A DNA stretch of 50,407 nucleotides, from contig CAZHBB010000001.1 of the NCBI GenBank assembly GCA_964530185.1, positions 32,239 through 82,645 on the forward strand. The letters run 5' to 3'. The notes beneath the pieces were generated by a model. It did not search any database and was not told the origin of the DNA. It saw nothing but the letters and a program-made list of their open reading frames with translations. The stretch is from an uncultured Anaerolineales bacterium (lineage in GTDB: Bacteria > Chloroflexota > Anaerolineae > B4-G1 > SLSP01). The position numbers and the translations under genes are program-made. Positions within the stretch are counted from its first letter, which is position 1; each line of letters opens with the position of its first letter. Shown here in pieces: positions 28,893-39,142 of this stretch.

Positions 28893-30044
28893 ATGACGAT
28901 GACAAAGTTGCGAGTGGCTGTGGTCTTTGGGGGGCGTTCAGGAGAGCATGAGGTGAGCCTTGCCTCTGCCCGTTCCGTGATGGCAGCCATGGATCAGGAG
29001 AAGTATGAGATCATCCCGGTTGGCATCACCCGCCAGGGGAGTTGGATCGTGGGGCAGGACCCGTTATCAGCACTGCTGCGCGAGGATCTCACGGATATGC
29101 GTTTCGCGACCATTCTGGCCGACCCTCAGCGGCCTGGCCTGTGGGTCGATTCCGGTGAGGGATCCCGCTCGGGCATGAGTCGCTATGTGCTCACGAAGCT
29201 CGCAGAGGTAGATGTTGTTTTTCCTGTGCTGCATGGGACGTTTGGTGAGGACGGAACGCTACAGGGTCTGCTGGAGTTGGCGGGTATCCCCTACGTGGGC
29301 GCCGGCGTGTTGTGCTCATCACTGGCTATGGACAAGATCGCGTTCAAGGACGTGGCCCTCACCCACGGGTTGCGCGTGGCCGATTACCTCTGGCTGACGC
29401 GCCGACAGTGGCGGAGCCAATCTGAGGTATGGCTGGAGCAGGTCGAGGCCCGACTTGGGTATCCTGTCTTCGTGAAACCGGCGAATCTTGGGTCCAGTGT
29501 GGGGATCACCAAGTGCCGGAGCCGGGCGGAGCTTGAAGCTGGGATGACCGAGGCCGCACGGTATGATCGGCGCATTCTGGTCGAACGGGCTGTCCCCGAC
29601 GCGCGGGAGATCGAGGTGAGCGTATTGGGGAACGAGGATGTCGAGGTCTCCATTCCCGGTGAGATCATCCCTAGCCGCGAGTTCTATGACTATGCGGCCA
29701 AATATCTCGATGAAGGTGACCGGGCGTCGCAGTTGCTCATTCCGGCACCCCTGGAGCCACAGGTCCAGGAGGAAGTGCAGGCCCTGGCTGAGGAGGCCTA
29801 TCGGGCCATCGATGGCGCGGGCATGGCCCGGGTGGACTTCTTGCTTTCGGCTGAGACGGGCGAACTCTTCATCAACGAGATCAACACGATCCCCGGGTTC
29901 ACGTCTATCAGTATGTATCCCAAACTCTGGGAGGCCTCGGGATTGTCCTATCCCGAGCTGATTGATCGGCTGATCGCGCTGGCTCTCGAACGATTCGCGG
30001 AGAACGCGTCATCCGAGCGCATTTTCAGGCCCCTGGGTATGTAG
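28893..30044 (+). CDS. ddl: D-alanine--D-alanine ligase
   Basis: GGRSGEHEVSL.SA, LHG.FGEDG, KPA.LGSSVG, FYDY.AKY and NEINTIPG. Confidence 0.95.
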   Translation: MTMTKLRVAVVFGGRSGEHEVSLASARSVMAAMDQEKYEIIPVGITRQGSWIVGQDPLSALLREDLTDMRFATILADPQRPGLWVDSGEGSRSGMSRYVLTKLAEVDVVFPVLHGTFGEDGTLQGLLELAGIPYVGAGVLCSSLAMDKIAFKDVALTHGLRVADYLWLTRRQWRSQSEVWLEQVEARLGYPVFVKPANLGSSVGITKCRSRAELEAGMTEAARYDRRILVERAVPDAREIEVSVLGNEDVEVSIPGEIIPSREFYDYAAKYLDEGDRASQLLIPAPLEPQVQEEVQALAEEAYRAIDGAGMARVDFLLSAETGELFINEINTIPGFTSISMYPKLWEASGLSYPELIDRLIALALERFAENASSERIFRPLGM

Positions 30045-30086
30045 CGGGCGAGTGATTGGGAACGCTTGGTGAGTGGAGGAGGCAAA

Positions 30087-30887
30087 ATGAAGCGGCGACG
30101 TTACTATCGAACGACAGCACTCCTTGGACCGCGCCATCATGTTGTCTCTCACACTGCGCGCCGCCGTGTCAGGATCCGCTGGCCCACTGTGGTGGTCACA
30201 GTGTGTATGATAGCGCTGGCCGGGTGGGTGGTTTTCGGCAATGCCTGGTATCTGGACTGGGAGGACGCGACAGTTGTAGGGACAGCCTCGCAGAATCTGG
30301 CATTCAAGATCAAGGAGGCCTCTGACCTGATGGGGAGGCATAGGAGTGGGTTGAGGCCAGCGAAAGCTGAGGAAGCCATCCTCTCAGAGTTTCCCCAGCT
30401 TTCCAGCGTCCATGTGCGTTGTGCCATATTCCCGACCCGGTGTGAGATCGAAGTGACCGAGCGTGACCCCATCCTGGTGTGGGCCGCGCCTGAGCAGACC
30501 TACTGGGTGGATCGGGAGGGGGTCTTCTTCCCCGCTGCCGGACGGCGTCAGGACCTCCCTGTGGTCTCTGGCCCTTTGCCTGTCGATGCCCCCGCAGAGG
30601 CTACGTCCGAGGAGATGGGGTATGTGGTCGAGATCTTCCAGAGCATCGCGACTCTCTCCTCCCTGGGGATCTCTGCAGAGGCTCTGTCGTATGACGAACG
30701 CTATGGCCTGATCTGGACGGATCCCGAGGGATGTCGTGTGGCTTTTGGGGTGGGTGGTGACATGAAGGTACGCTGGGATCTCTACCGGGATCTGGTAGGG
30801 GATCTGGCCGCGCGGGGTGTGCATCCAAGGGTGATCGATGTCCGCTCGGTCCAAGGGGTCACCTACGCACTTGAACCGTTATGGTAG
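30087..30887 (+). CDS. ftsQ: Cell division protein FtsQ/DivIB-like
   Basis: Basic N-terminus, one TM, POTRA-like segment (FP...I.V.ER.P) and C-terminal IDVR. Lies between ddl and ftsA. Confidence 0.78.
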   Translation: MKRRRYYRTTALLGPRHHVVSHTARRRVRIRWPTVVVTVCMIALAGWVVFGNAWYLDWEDATVVGTASQNLAFKIKEASDLMGRHRSGLRPAKAEEAILSEFPQLSSVHVRCAIFPTRCEIEVTERDPILVWAAPEQTYWVDREGVFFPAAGRRQDLPVVSGPLPVDAPAEATSEEMGYVVEIFQSIATLSSLGISAEALSYDERYGLIWTDPEGCRVAFGVGGDMKVRWDLYRDLVGDLAARGVHPRVIDVRSVQGVTYALEPLW

Positions 30888-30897
30888 GGGGTATGGC

Positions 30898-32112
30898 ATG
30901 GCCAAAGTTGGGATCGATATCGGTTCTCATCGTGTGCTCGCAATTGTGGGGGACGTTGATGAACAGGGGCGTGTGCAGATCTTGGGAGTTGGAGAGGCTC
31001 CCGCCCGTGGCATCAAGAAAGCCGTGGTCATCAATGTGGCCCAGGCGACGGCGTCCATCGCGCAGGCGGTGGAGCAGGCCGAGCAGAGCAGCGGGTTTCA
31101 GATCGAGCGCTGCTATGTGGGGGTGAGCGGGGCGCATATCTCCTCCCGAAACAGCACCGGCGTGGTAGGGGTTTCGCGTCGGGATCGGGGCATTGTGTCT
31201 GACGACGTGGATCGTGTATTGGAGGCGGCCGGGGCGATTGTATTGCCCGAAAACCAGGAACTTATTCACATTCTTCCGCGCACTTATACGGTCGATGGAC
31301 AGGATGGCGTGCGCAATCCATTGGGTATGCACGGGTTCCGCCTGGAGGTGGAGGCCCACGTTGTCATGGGATCGAGCACTGCACTGGAGAACCTCCGAAA
31401 ATGTGTGTCCGAGGCCGGGCTGCAGGCCACGGACCTCGTATTGACCAGTTTGGCGGCCGGTGATGCGGTGTTGACAGAGAGTGAGAAGGAGATGGGGGTC
31501 GTGCTGGTGGACATTGGGGAGGGGACCACTGACATCGCGATCTTCATCGACGGAACCGTCTGGCACACGAAATCGCTGCCGATGGGCGGAGAGTATGTCA
31601 CCAACGACGTGGCGATTGGTCTGCGTCTGCCCTCGCAGGTAGCCGAGCGTATCAAGTTGAGCCATGGGCATGCCCTCTCTAATCAGGTCGCGGAGGACGA
31701 GCGGTTCACCGTGGCCCCCTATGGGGAGGGTAATCCTATCCCAATCCCTCGCTGGAAACTGGCCGAGATCATTCAAGCGCGCTGCGAGGAGATCCTGGAG
31801 AACGTCCAGCAGGAGATCAAGCGTTCGGGTTACGACGGACTGCTCCCGGCCGGGGTTGTGTTGTGTGGCGGGACGGCCAGACTCCCAGGGCTCCGTGACC
31901 TGGCGCGCTCGATCTTTGATCTGCCTGTCCAGATCGGGATCCCGCGCGAGATCACAGGGTTGACCGATAAAGTAAGTGGTCCAGATGGAGCAGTGGCGGT
32001 CGGGCTGGTCCGGTGGACGCCCCTCTGGGAAGAGGGAGGTGGATGGCGGACCGTGCGGACGCCATGGGCCAAACGGTTTTTTGGGTGGTTCCGCAACTTG
32101 TTGCCTGGATGA
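30898..32112 (+). CDS. ftsA: Cell division protein FtsA
   Basis: GIDIGS, P.GM.G.RLE, DIG.GTTD, AE.IK, GVVL.GG and a C-terminal amphipathic helix (WAKRFFGWFRNLL). Confidence 0.95.
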   Translation: MAKVGIDIGSHRVLAIVGDVDEQGRVQILGVGEAPARGIKKAVVINVAQATASIAQAVEQAEQSSGFQIERCYVGVSGAHISSRNSTGVVGVSRRDRGIVSDDVDRVLEAAGAIVLPENQELIHILPRTYTVDGQDGVRNPLGMHGFRLEVEAHVVMGSSTALENLRKCVSEAGLQATDLVLTSLAAGDAVLTESEKEMGVVLVDIGEGTTDIAIFIDGTVWHTKSLPMGGEYVTNDVAIGLRLPSQVAERIKLSHGHALSNQVAEDERFTVAPYGEGNPIPIPRWKLAEIIQARCEEILENVQQEIKRSGYDGLLPAGVVLCGGTARLPGLRDLARSIFDLPVQIGIPREITGLTDKVSGPDGAVAVGLVRWTPLWEEGGGWRTVRTPWAKRFFGWFRNLLPG

Positions 32113-32275
32113 GTGCGGTGAGTTGGAAAAGTCGTAAAGCGATATCGTCTGTGGGTAGGGGTGTAGAGGAGGGATGCATATGCAGGGACAATGGTCGTCA
32201 GCGGGACGAGACAGGAGACGACGCAATTCATCGGGTAAGCGGAGGACAAATTCTGGGATGTTAGGAGGTGTTGAG

Positions 32276-33355
32276 ATGGCAGGATTGGCAGAGAACTTCG
32301 CGCAGATTCGTGTGATTGGTGTTGGAGGGGGTGGCAGTAACGCCGTCAACCGTATGATTCAGGAGGGACTTCAGGGTGTCGAGTTCATCGCGGTCAATAC
32401 TGATGCCCAGGCCCTGATGCTCTCTCAGGCTCCGACCTGTCTGCGGATTGGCGATACCGTCACCCGTGGACTGGGTGCAGGGGGAGATCCAGAGCAGGGC
32501 CGCAAAGCCGCCGAGGAGTCCCAGGACGAGATCCGCGAGGTGCTCCAGGGCTCCGACATGGTCTTCATCACTGCCGGGATGGGTGGGGGCACCGGCACCG
32601 GTGCAGCTCCTATCATTGGTCAGATTGCCAAGGAGGAGGTCAAGGCCCTGACCATCGGCGTGGTTACCCGTCCATTTACCTTCGAGGGGGCCAAGCGCGC
32701 GCGGGTGGCGGCCGAGGGGATTGAGGCGCTCAAACAGGTGGTGGATACGCTTATCGTGATCCCCAACGACCGTCTGCTCGAGATCACTGAGAAGCGTGTG
32801 AGCCTGACCGATGCTTTCACCCTGGCGGATGACGTGCTGCGTCAGGGTATCCAGGGGATCACGCAGGTCATTACTATCCCAGGTCTCATCAACCTTGATT
32901 TCGCCGATGTCAGGTCAATCATGTTGGGCGGCGGTGCGGCGCTTATGGCGGTTGGGCGTGCCTCGGGCGAGAACCGCGCCGTGGAGGCTGTCCAACAGGC
33001 CGTGTCCAGCCGGCTGCTGGATATTACGATCGATGGTGCCCGTGGCATTCTGCTGAATATCACCGGCGGCCCATCCCTGGGGCTGCACGAGGTGAATGAG
33101 GCCGCAACCATGATCCGGGAGACCGCACACCCGGATGTGAATCTCATCTTCGGTGCTGTCATCGATGAGTCGATGGGGGATGAAATCAGCATTACTGTGA
33201 TCGCCACCGGCTTCGCCAATGACGGAGAGCCCGAGGCGTCCCGTGCACCTGTCAGTACGGTCGCCCATCGGCGTGCAGAACGGGTAGATCTTTACAGCAG
33301 CCAGACGATCGACCGCGAGAACATCGAGATCCCAGCCTTCCTGCGACGCCGTTGA
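32276..33355 (+). CDS. ftsZ: Cell division protein FtsZ
   Basis: [30 protein letters not shown] and C-terminal IPAFLRR. ATG 32276 follows AGGAGG. Confidence 0.97.
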   Translation: MAGLAENFAQIRVIGVGGGGSNAVNRMIQEGLQGVEFIAVNTDAQALMLSQAPTCLRIGDTVTRGLGAGGDPEQGRKAAEESQDEIREVLQGSDMVFITAGMGGGTGTGAAPIIGQIAKEEVKALTIGVVTRPFTFEGAKRARVAAEGIEALKQVVDTLIVIPNDRLLEITEKRVSLTDAFTLADDVLRQGIQGITQVITIPGLINLDFADVRSIMLGGGAALMAVGRASGENRAVEAVQQAVSSRLLDITIDGARGILLNITGGPSLGLHEVNEAATMIRETAHPDVNLIFGAVIDESMGDEISITVIATGFANDGEPEASRAPVSTVAHRRAERVDLYSSQTIDRENIEIPAFLRRR

Positions 33356-33486
33356 CGTCTGCGGAGCCAGCGTCAGACAATCGTGAGTGACTCTGCGGGA
33401 ATGAGGGAGAGAGGCGGCGAGAGCCGCGAATCTCTTGCCCTGAGGCGGTGTCGCTGCACGTGAGATGGCGCGAATAGGCGGAAGCG

Positions 33487-33895
33487 ATGACCGGGGTGGA
33501 TGCCCTTGAAGCCGCCCTGTGGATGGCTGTGAGCTACATCGCGCGGGGGATTGAGATGTGTGGCGCGGTGGTGACCATCATCGGCGTCGCACGGGCGTTT
33601 CTGGTGCTTTGTGCGTCCCTTTGCCCTGGGGTATCGGGCACAGGATGTCACGACCCTGCGTGTGCGACTGGGCAGGGCGATGGTTATAGCATTGGAGTTC
33701 CAGGTGGCCGCGGATATTCTCAGGACGGGGTTGTCCCCTGCGTAGGATGACATACTGGTGTTGATTGTCATCGTTGGTGTGCCGACTGTGCTCAACTATC
33801 TCCTGGAACTGGAGCTGGCCTCACTGACTCTTGCACGTCCAGCCGTCGCTGACCACGGCAAGATGGCAGGGGAGAGTGAGTTGATGTCTTCTTGA
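33487..33895 (+). pseudogene. DUF1622 family membrane protein, pseudogene
   Basis: The first frame reads MTGVD...IEMCGAVVTIIG. After a frameshift near 33600-33612 it reads LRVRLGRAMVIALEFQVAADILRT..SPA*DDI.VL...TVLNYLLE, with an in-frame TAG at 33743. Confidence 0.8.
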
Positions 33896-33928
33896 ACGCT
33901 GACGGGTTACCTTCTAGCATCTCAATGG

Positions 33929-33956
33929 AAGCCGCCTCACCAGTGGGGCGGCTTTT
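33929..33956 (+). terminator. Rho-independent terminator
   Basis: AAGCCGCCTCAC / GTGGGGCGGCTT stem followed by TTTT. Confidence 0.7.
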
Positions 33957-34003
33957 GCCTCATCTGTAAAGTGGGTGCTCAGGACCACGATGGTCGCACG
34001 CTG

Positions 34004-34012
34004 TGCTATAAT
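34004..34012 (+). promoter_or_regulatory. Extended -10 promoter of the ABC operon
   Basis: TGCTATAAT directly upstream of the AAGGAG RBS. Confidence 0.55.
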
Positions 34013-34023
34013 TCAAGGAGCTG

Positions 34024-34971
34024 TTGGGGGAAGGTGTTGTGATCGAGACAGTTGGGTTGACAAAGCGGTTTGGGTCTCTGGAGGCCGTCAAGGGCCTGAC
34101 TCTGCATGTGGGACGCGGAGAGGTCCTGGCGTTGCTTGGGCCCAACGGTGCCGGTAAGACGACGACCGTGCGTATGCTTAGCGCGATCCTGCGCCCAACG
34201 GAGGGTAAAGCCTGGGTGGCGGGCTACGAGGTGACCGAGGACAGTCGTGCGGTCCGTCAACGTGTGGGTGTGTTGACCGAGGCACCGGGCCTCTACACAC
34301 GGATGACGGGCCTTGAGTACCTGAAGTTCTTCGGTTCCATGTGGTCCCTCGATCCCGCGATACTGAACGCCCGTATCGCTGAGCTTGCCGACGCCTTTGG
34401 GATGTCCGACGCGCTCAATCGCCGCCTGGGGACCTACTCCAAGGGGATGCGGCAGAAGATCGCCCTGATGCGGGCCATGGTGCATGACCCCCCCGTGCTG
34501 TTGCTGGACGAGCCCACCTCGGCACTCGATCCCCAAAATGCCCGCCTGGTGCGCGATGCCATTCTCCGCCTGCGCTCAGAGTCAGCTCGGGCGATCGTGG
34601 TGTGTACCCACAACCTGGCCGAGGCCGAGGAGTTGTGCGACCGTCTAGCCGTGATCCGTCAGGGGAGGCTCGTGGCGCTAGGGACTCCGGTGGAGCTCAA
34701 GGCACAGGTCTTGGGTCCACCATTGATGGAGATACGCTACGTGGAAACTCTCCAAGATGACCTTCGTGGCTTTGTGGGGCGTTTCGCTGAGGTGGTCGCC
34801 GCAGGGCAGGGATGGGTGCGCTACCGCACCGACGACCCCGAACACTCGAACCCAGCCCTGTTGAAGGCGTTGGTGAGCCAGGGGGTGTCGGTGCACACAC
34901 TGACTGAGGTTCCTCAGACGCTGGAGGCGGCTTACCTCAAGCTGATGCAGGATGGCGCAGATGCCGCTTGA
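34024..34971 (+). CDS. ABC-2 type exporter ATP-binding protein
   Basis: Walker A GPNGAGKTT, signature YSKGMRQK, Walker B LLLDEP and H-loop CTH. Confidence 0.92.
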   Translation: MGEGVVIETVGLTKRFGSLEAVKGLTLHVGRGEVLALLGPNGAGKTTTVRMLSAILRPTEGKAWVAGYEVTEDSRAVRQRVGVLTEAPGLYTRMTGLEYLKFFGSMWSLDPAILNARIAELADAFGMSDALNRRLGTYSKGMRQKIALMRAMVHDPPVLLLDEPTSALDPQNARLVRDAILRLRSESARAIVVCTHNLAEAEELCDRLAVIRQGRLVALGTPVELKAQVLGPPLMEIRYVETLQDDLRGFVGRFAEVVAAGQGWVRYRTDDPEHSNPALLKALVSQGVSVHTLTEVPQTLEAAYLKLMQDGADAA

Positions 34972-36445
34972 TCTTCGGTTGAGGGATCGCACTGCGCAGG
35001 GCCTGGGAAAACTGTGGGAGGCGCTGCTTCCTGTATTCCGCGTCACGCGACGCGAGGTCCAGGACAGCCTCAGGGATTGGCGTATCATCGTGCCCATTGT
35101 GCTCCTGGTGCTGGGGTTCCCCGTGTTGGCCAACTTCGTCGCCCGACGTGGGCTGGTTTTTGTGAGCCAATATGGTGCCAATCTGGTGGCTGAGCGGTTA
35201 TTTCCTTTCCTGATCCTGGTGGTGGGCTTTTTCCCCAGCACCTTTGCCCTGGTAATCGCCCTGGAGGCGTTCGTGGGCGAGAAGGAGCGGCGTAGCCTCG
35301 AGCCCCTCCTCACTACGCCCCTGAGTGATGTGCAGCTCTATCTGGGGAAGCTGTTGGCCTCCACCCTGGTACCGATTGGAGCCAGCTATCTGGGCATCAC
35401 CGCCTGCATTGTGCTGCTGAGGGTCTCCGTCGGGTGGTGGCCTGGGCTTTCCATGTTGCTATTGGCGTTCGCGCTCTCTGCTGTCCAGGCGTTGGTGATG
35501 GTCGCCGCCGCGGTCATTGTCAGCAGCCAGTCGACCAGTGTGCGAGCGGCCAACCTGCTGGCCAGTTTCATCATCGTGCCTATGGCTCTGTTGTTGCAGG
35601 TGGAGGCAGGCCTCCTGCTCTACGGCGACGAGCGGGCGCTCTGGCTGGTGACGCTGGCCCTCTTCGTCGTGAGCGTGTTGCTGGTCCGGCTGGGGACACG
35701 TCTCTTCAGCCGTGAGCGGCTGTTGGGTGAGGACCTGGATGAACTGGACCTGCTGAGCGGGATGCGGTTGCTGTGGCAGGCCGCCCTGCCAGAGGCGGGT
35801 GTGCGTCATATCTACCGGCGGGACCTGCCCCGGCTCCTCAAGAACCTGCGTTGCGAGCTGCTTCTTACGGGGATCGTGTTGATCGGCGGCAGCTTGGCAG
35901 TCGGGGGCTGGTTGTCGGCACGTTTCCCGCTTCCGGCGGTCGTCCTGGAGATGGATACGTCGCTGGATCTGGAGACCTTGCAGACGCAGGTCTCGCAGGT
36001 GGGATTGCTTCCGGCGTTGACGCCTTCGGCCATCCTCTGGCACAACGTCAGGAGCCTGGGCGTGACCCCCTTGTTGGGACTTCTCTCCCTGGGCACTTTG
36101 GCGCAGCTTCTGCTGTTGGTGCCGGGGACTGTTATTGCCTATCTGGGTTTCCAGATGGCCCGCGTGATCTCCCAACCGTGGATGCTGCTGGTCATCACGG
36201 TGCTCCCACATGGTCTCTTCGAGCTTCCCGCAGCGGTGCTGGCCACCGCCCAGGCCACGCGGGTGGGCACCATTCTGCTTCGCTCTCCGGAGGAGGGAGG
36301 CGGCGTCCTGGGCATCGCCCGCGAGCTGGGTCACTTTGTGAAGCTCTTTGTCATCGTGGTGTTGCCCCTGCTGACGATTGCGGCTCTCATCGAGGCATCC
36401 GTGACCCCGCGGTTGTTGATCTGGTGGCTAAGCCGCGGTGGGTAG
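34952..36445 (+). CDS. ABC-2 permease fused to a SpoIIM (DUF95)-like domain
   Basis: N-terminal half has GEKERRSLEPLL.TP...LYLGK. C-terminal half has IL.HN, LPHGLFELPA and AALIEA.VTP. Confidence 0.78.
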   Translation: MAQMPLDLRLRDRTAQGLGKLWEALLPVFRVTRREVQDSLRDWRIIVPIVLLVLGFPVLANFVARRGLVFVSQYGANLVAERLFPFLILVVGFFPSTFALVIALEAFVGEKERRSLEPLLTTPLSDVQLYLGKLLASTLVPIGASYLGITACIVLLRVSVGWWPGLSMLLLAFALSAVQALVMVAAAVIVSSQSTSVRAANLLASFIIVPMALLLQVEAGLLLYGDERALWLVTLALFVVSVLLVRLGTRLFSRERLLGEDLDELDLLSGMRLLWQAALPEAGVRHIYRRDLPRLLKNLRCELLLTGIVLIGGSLAVGGWLSARFPLPAVVLEMDTSLDLETLQTQVSQVGLLPALTPSAILWHNVRSLGVTPLLGLLSLGTLAQLLLLVPGTVIAYLGFQMARVISQPWMLLVITVLPHGLFELPAAVLATAQATRVGTILLRSPEEGGGVLGIARELGHFVKLFVIVVLPLLTIAALIEASVTPRLLIWWLSRGG

Positions 36446-36623
36446 CCGGGCCTGGTCACGATGGTCGGGCCTCAAGGCCATGGGACAGATCTCTTGTGGT
36501 AGCTCTGCGCTATAGCCTCCGTTGTAGCACGGCAACACGGGCCTGACAGGAACCGGGCAGGGCCGGCGCTCCCTTGCCTCTCTCCAGGGGACCGTTACGG
36601 TGAGGATAGCATGCGCCACCCCG

Positions 36624-37823
36624 CTACGACTGCAGTACCGCCAGGATCTGCTCCAGTGCGAAATCGACCTCCTGACGCTCGATGATGAGGGGTGGGGCAA
36701 AGCGGATCACCGTGTCGTGTGTGTCCTTGGCCAGCACGCCGCGCTGGCGGAGTTGCTCCACATAGCGCCGCGCTGGCCCGGCGCTGGGCTTCAACTCCAC
36801 GCCGATCAGAAGACCCTTGCCACGGATTTCCTTGACCTTGAAGCTATGGGCGTGCTCCAGGTGCGTCTTGAAGTAGTGTCCCATGTCCTGGGCCCGCTGC
36901 GGGAGGTCCTCTTCCACGATGACCTTCAGGGCCTCGCGGGCCACGGCGCAGGCCAGGGGATTGCCGCCGAACGTCGAGCCGTGTGTGCCCGGCTGGAAGA
37001 GGCCGAGCACCTCGCGTCGGCCCACCACGGCAGAGACGGGCATCATGCCTCCCGAAAGCGCCTTGCCGATGGTGACCAGGTCGGGCTTGATACCCTCCCA
37101 CTCGTAGGCGAAGAGCTTCCCGGCCCGGCCCAGTCCGCTCTGAATCTCATCGGCGATGAGCAACACATTGTGGCGGTCGCAGATCTCGCGCACAGCCCGC
37201 AGGTAGCCCTCTGGCGGGACGATGACCCCCGCCTCACCCTGGATGGGCTCCACCAGGAAGGCGGCCGTGTTGGGCGTGATGGCCCGCTCCAGCGCTTGCG
37301 CATCACCATAGGGGATGACTTTGAAGCCCGGTGGATAGGGACCAAACCCGCTTCGGTACAGCGGTTCGGTTGAGAAGGACAGGATTGCGATCGTGCGCCC
37401 GTGGAAGTTATGCTCACAGGCGATGATCTCGCTCCTGTCGTCGGGGATGTGTTTGACGCGGTATCCCCACAGCCGGGCGGCTTTCAGCGCGGTCTCCACG
37501 GCCTCTGCCCCTGAGTTCATGGGCAGCATCATGTCGTATCCGCTGAGTTCGCACAGCTCTCGGGCCAGCAGGGGCAACTGGTCGTTGCGGAAAGCGCGGG
37601 AAGTCAGGGTCAGCCGTTGCGCCTGGGCGATCAGGGCCGCCACGATGCGCGGATGGCGATGGCCCTGGTTCAGAGCCGAGTAGGCGCTGAGGCAATCCAG
37701 GTATCGCCTGCCCTCGATGTCCCAGACCCAGACGCCCTCGCCGCGGGTGAGAACCACGTCCAGCGGGGCATAGTTGTGTGCGTTGTACTGATCTTCCAAT
37801 CGGATGTACTCATCGGGGTGCAT
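36624..37823 (-). CDS. rocD: Ornithine--oxo-acid aminotransferase
   Basis: [52 protein letters not shown] and [13 protein letters not shown] 37823 follows GAAGGAG. Confidence 0.93.
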   Translation of the reverse strand: MHPDEYIRLEDQYNAHNYAPLDVVLTRGEGVWVWDIEGRRYLDCLSAYSALNQGHRHPRIVAALIAQAQRLTLTSRAFRNDQLPLLARELCELSGYDMMLPMNSGAEAVETALKAARLWGYRVKHIPDDRSEIIACEHNFHGRTIAILSFSTEPLYRSGFGPYPPGFKVIPYGDAQALERAITPNTAAFLVEPIQGEAGVIVPPEGYLRAVREICDRHNVLLIADEIQSGLGRAGKLFAYEWEGIKPDLVTIGKALSGGMMPVSAVVGRREVLGLFQPGTHGSTFGGNPLACAVAREALKVIVEEDLPQRAQDMGHYFKTHLEHAHSFKVKEIRGKGLLIGVELKPSAGPARRYVEQLRQRGVLAKDTHDTVIRFAPPLIIERQEVDFALEQILAVLQS

Positions 37824-38035
37824 GGGCCAGATACTCCTTCGCACGAGCTTATTCCACACTAACACACTGCGCTGTCCTGTTCAAGTGACGGGTATCCATC
37901 TTCTGTCGGGAAAACGACAGCCTGCGAGCGACGGTTCGCGGGTTGCTGAGAAGCTGGGGCCGTCCCGGAGGCCTTTACCCTGTGGCGGCACGTGTCCAAA
38001 GAAGGCCTCGGTGACGGTTGCGGGTTACGAGAAAG

Positions 38036-38063
38036 TTGACAATTCGGGGTGCTATGGTAAGAT
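38036..38063 (+). promoter_or_regulatory. sigma70 promoter of tRNA-Asp
   Basis: TTGACA-16 nt-TAAGAT with an extended TG, 11 nt before the tRNA. Confidence 0.7.
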
Positions 38064-38074
38064 GTGCGATGTCA

Positions 38075-38147
38075 GGGGGCGTAGTGTAGTGGTTAACATG
38101 CCGGCCTGTCAAGCCGGAGATCGCGGGTTCAAATCCCGTCGCTCCCG
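38075..38147 (+). tRNA. tRNA-Asp(GTC)
   Basis: Acceptor stem GGGGGCG/CGCTCCC, D-loop AGTGGTTA, anticodon arm CCGGC-CTGTCAA-GCCGG, T-loop TTCAAAT and discriminator G. CCA is not encoded. Confidence 0.96.
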
Positions 38148-38156
38148 CAGATGATG

Positions 38157-38202
38157 ACTCCGCGCAGTGAGGGGCTCGACCCTTACGCGCGGAGTTTTGT
38201 TT
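38157..38202 (+). terminator. Rho-independent terminator after the tRNA
   Basis: ACTCCGCGC...GCGCGGAGT long hairpin followed by TTTGTTT. Confidence 0.8.
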
Positions 38203-38407
38203 GGGTTTACGCTACTCCCATCACCTGGACAGGCAGCAACGCTGGCAGGGATGATCTGGCTTACACGCCCTTTTCAGCAGCGGTGATGCCTTCTCGGTGG
38301 GTCAAGCTTGTGTTACGGTGTCGGCTGTAGCCCGGCTTCCTCTTGAGAGAGCCACCACCGCCGTCGTGTGGGACTCGTGCGCCACTACGAGAGACCCCGA
38401 ACGGGTG

Positions 38408-38413
38408 TATAAT
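38408..38413 (+). promoter_or_regulatory. Putative -10 box of the DUF4956-VTC-CotH operon
   Basis: Perfect TATAAT 64 nt upstream of ATG 38477. No clear -35. Confidence 0.35.
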
Positions 38414-38476
38414 CTCTTCTGGTATAGGGGGCTCCTCTGGTCGCAAAGCTGCGGGATCGAGCTCTGGATAGGCATT

Positions 38477-39142
38477 ATGGACAATTGGGGTACACCTGTC
38501 GCAACGTCGATCGCATCCGTCGCCCTAAACCTGGTGATCGGGCTGGTCCTCAGCTTGCTGGTCGCCTGGTACTACGAGGCCTACGGTCAATCTCTGGCTA
38601 ACCGGCGCACTATGGCACGCCTGCTGCCGGCGTTGACCATCACGACCGGGTTGGTCATCACCATCGTCAAATCGTCGTTAGCGCTCTCCCTGGGACTGGT
38701 GGGGGCACTCTCTATCGTGCGTTTCCGCACAGCGATCAAGGAACCGGAAGAACTTCTCTTCCTGTTCATCTCGATCGCCATTGGACTCGGCGTGGGGGCC
38801 GACCAGCGTCTGGCGACGATTGTGGGCGTGGGGATCCTGTTGGGCTATATGGCGCTGCGGATGTTGTTTCAACGTACGTCACAGATCCACAATCTCTACT
38901 TGAACCTGGTGCTCACTGAGGGGGAACGCTCCCTCTTCAATCAGGTGAATGCCTGTCTGTTAGATCACGTGAAGGCTGTGGACTTCCGCCGCCTAGACAG
39001 TCGAGAGGGGACACTGGAGCTGACCTACTTCATCGACTGTGCGAAGCCGGAGGCGATCGATGCCCTCATGGAGGACCTCAAGCGCAGGTTCTCCGTCATC
39101 GAAGCCAGTTTTCTCCAGAGAGATTCCAGATTGGGGGACTGA
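38477..39142 (+). CDS. DUF4956 family membrane protein
   Basis: Hallmark SLALSLGLVGALSIVRFRTAIKEP, several TM helices and a soluble C-terminal domain. Confidence 0.85.
   Translation: MDNWGTPVATSIASVALNLVIGLVLSLLVAWYYEAYGQSLANRRTMARLLPALTITTGLVITIVKSSLALSLGLVGALSIVRFRTAIKEPEELLFLFISIAIGLGVGADQRLATIVGVGILLGYMALRMLFQRTSQIHNLYLNLVLTEGERSLFNQVNACLLDHVKAVDFRRLDSREGTLELTYFIDCAKPEAIDALMEDLKRRFSVIEASFLQRDSRLGD

Noticed and set aside
19599-32349. Long minus-strand ORFs in the dcw cluster (19599-20825, 26443-27876, 30859-32349)
   Set aside because: Antisense to ftsI, murC and ftsA; explained by GC-rich codon bias.
33743-33745. In-frame TAG as possible pyrrolysine or readthrough codon
   Set aside because: The same gene also has a frameshift and missense decay, and the position is normally Trp, so a TGG-to-TAG mutation is the simpler explanation.
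38297-38476. N-terminal extension of the DUF4956 ORF
   Set aside because: It contains a TATAAT box and non-family sequence; ATG 38477 is the more plausible start.
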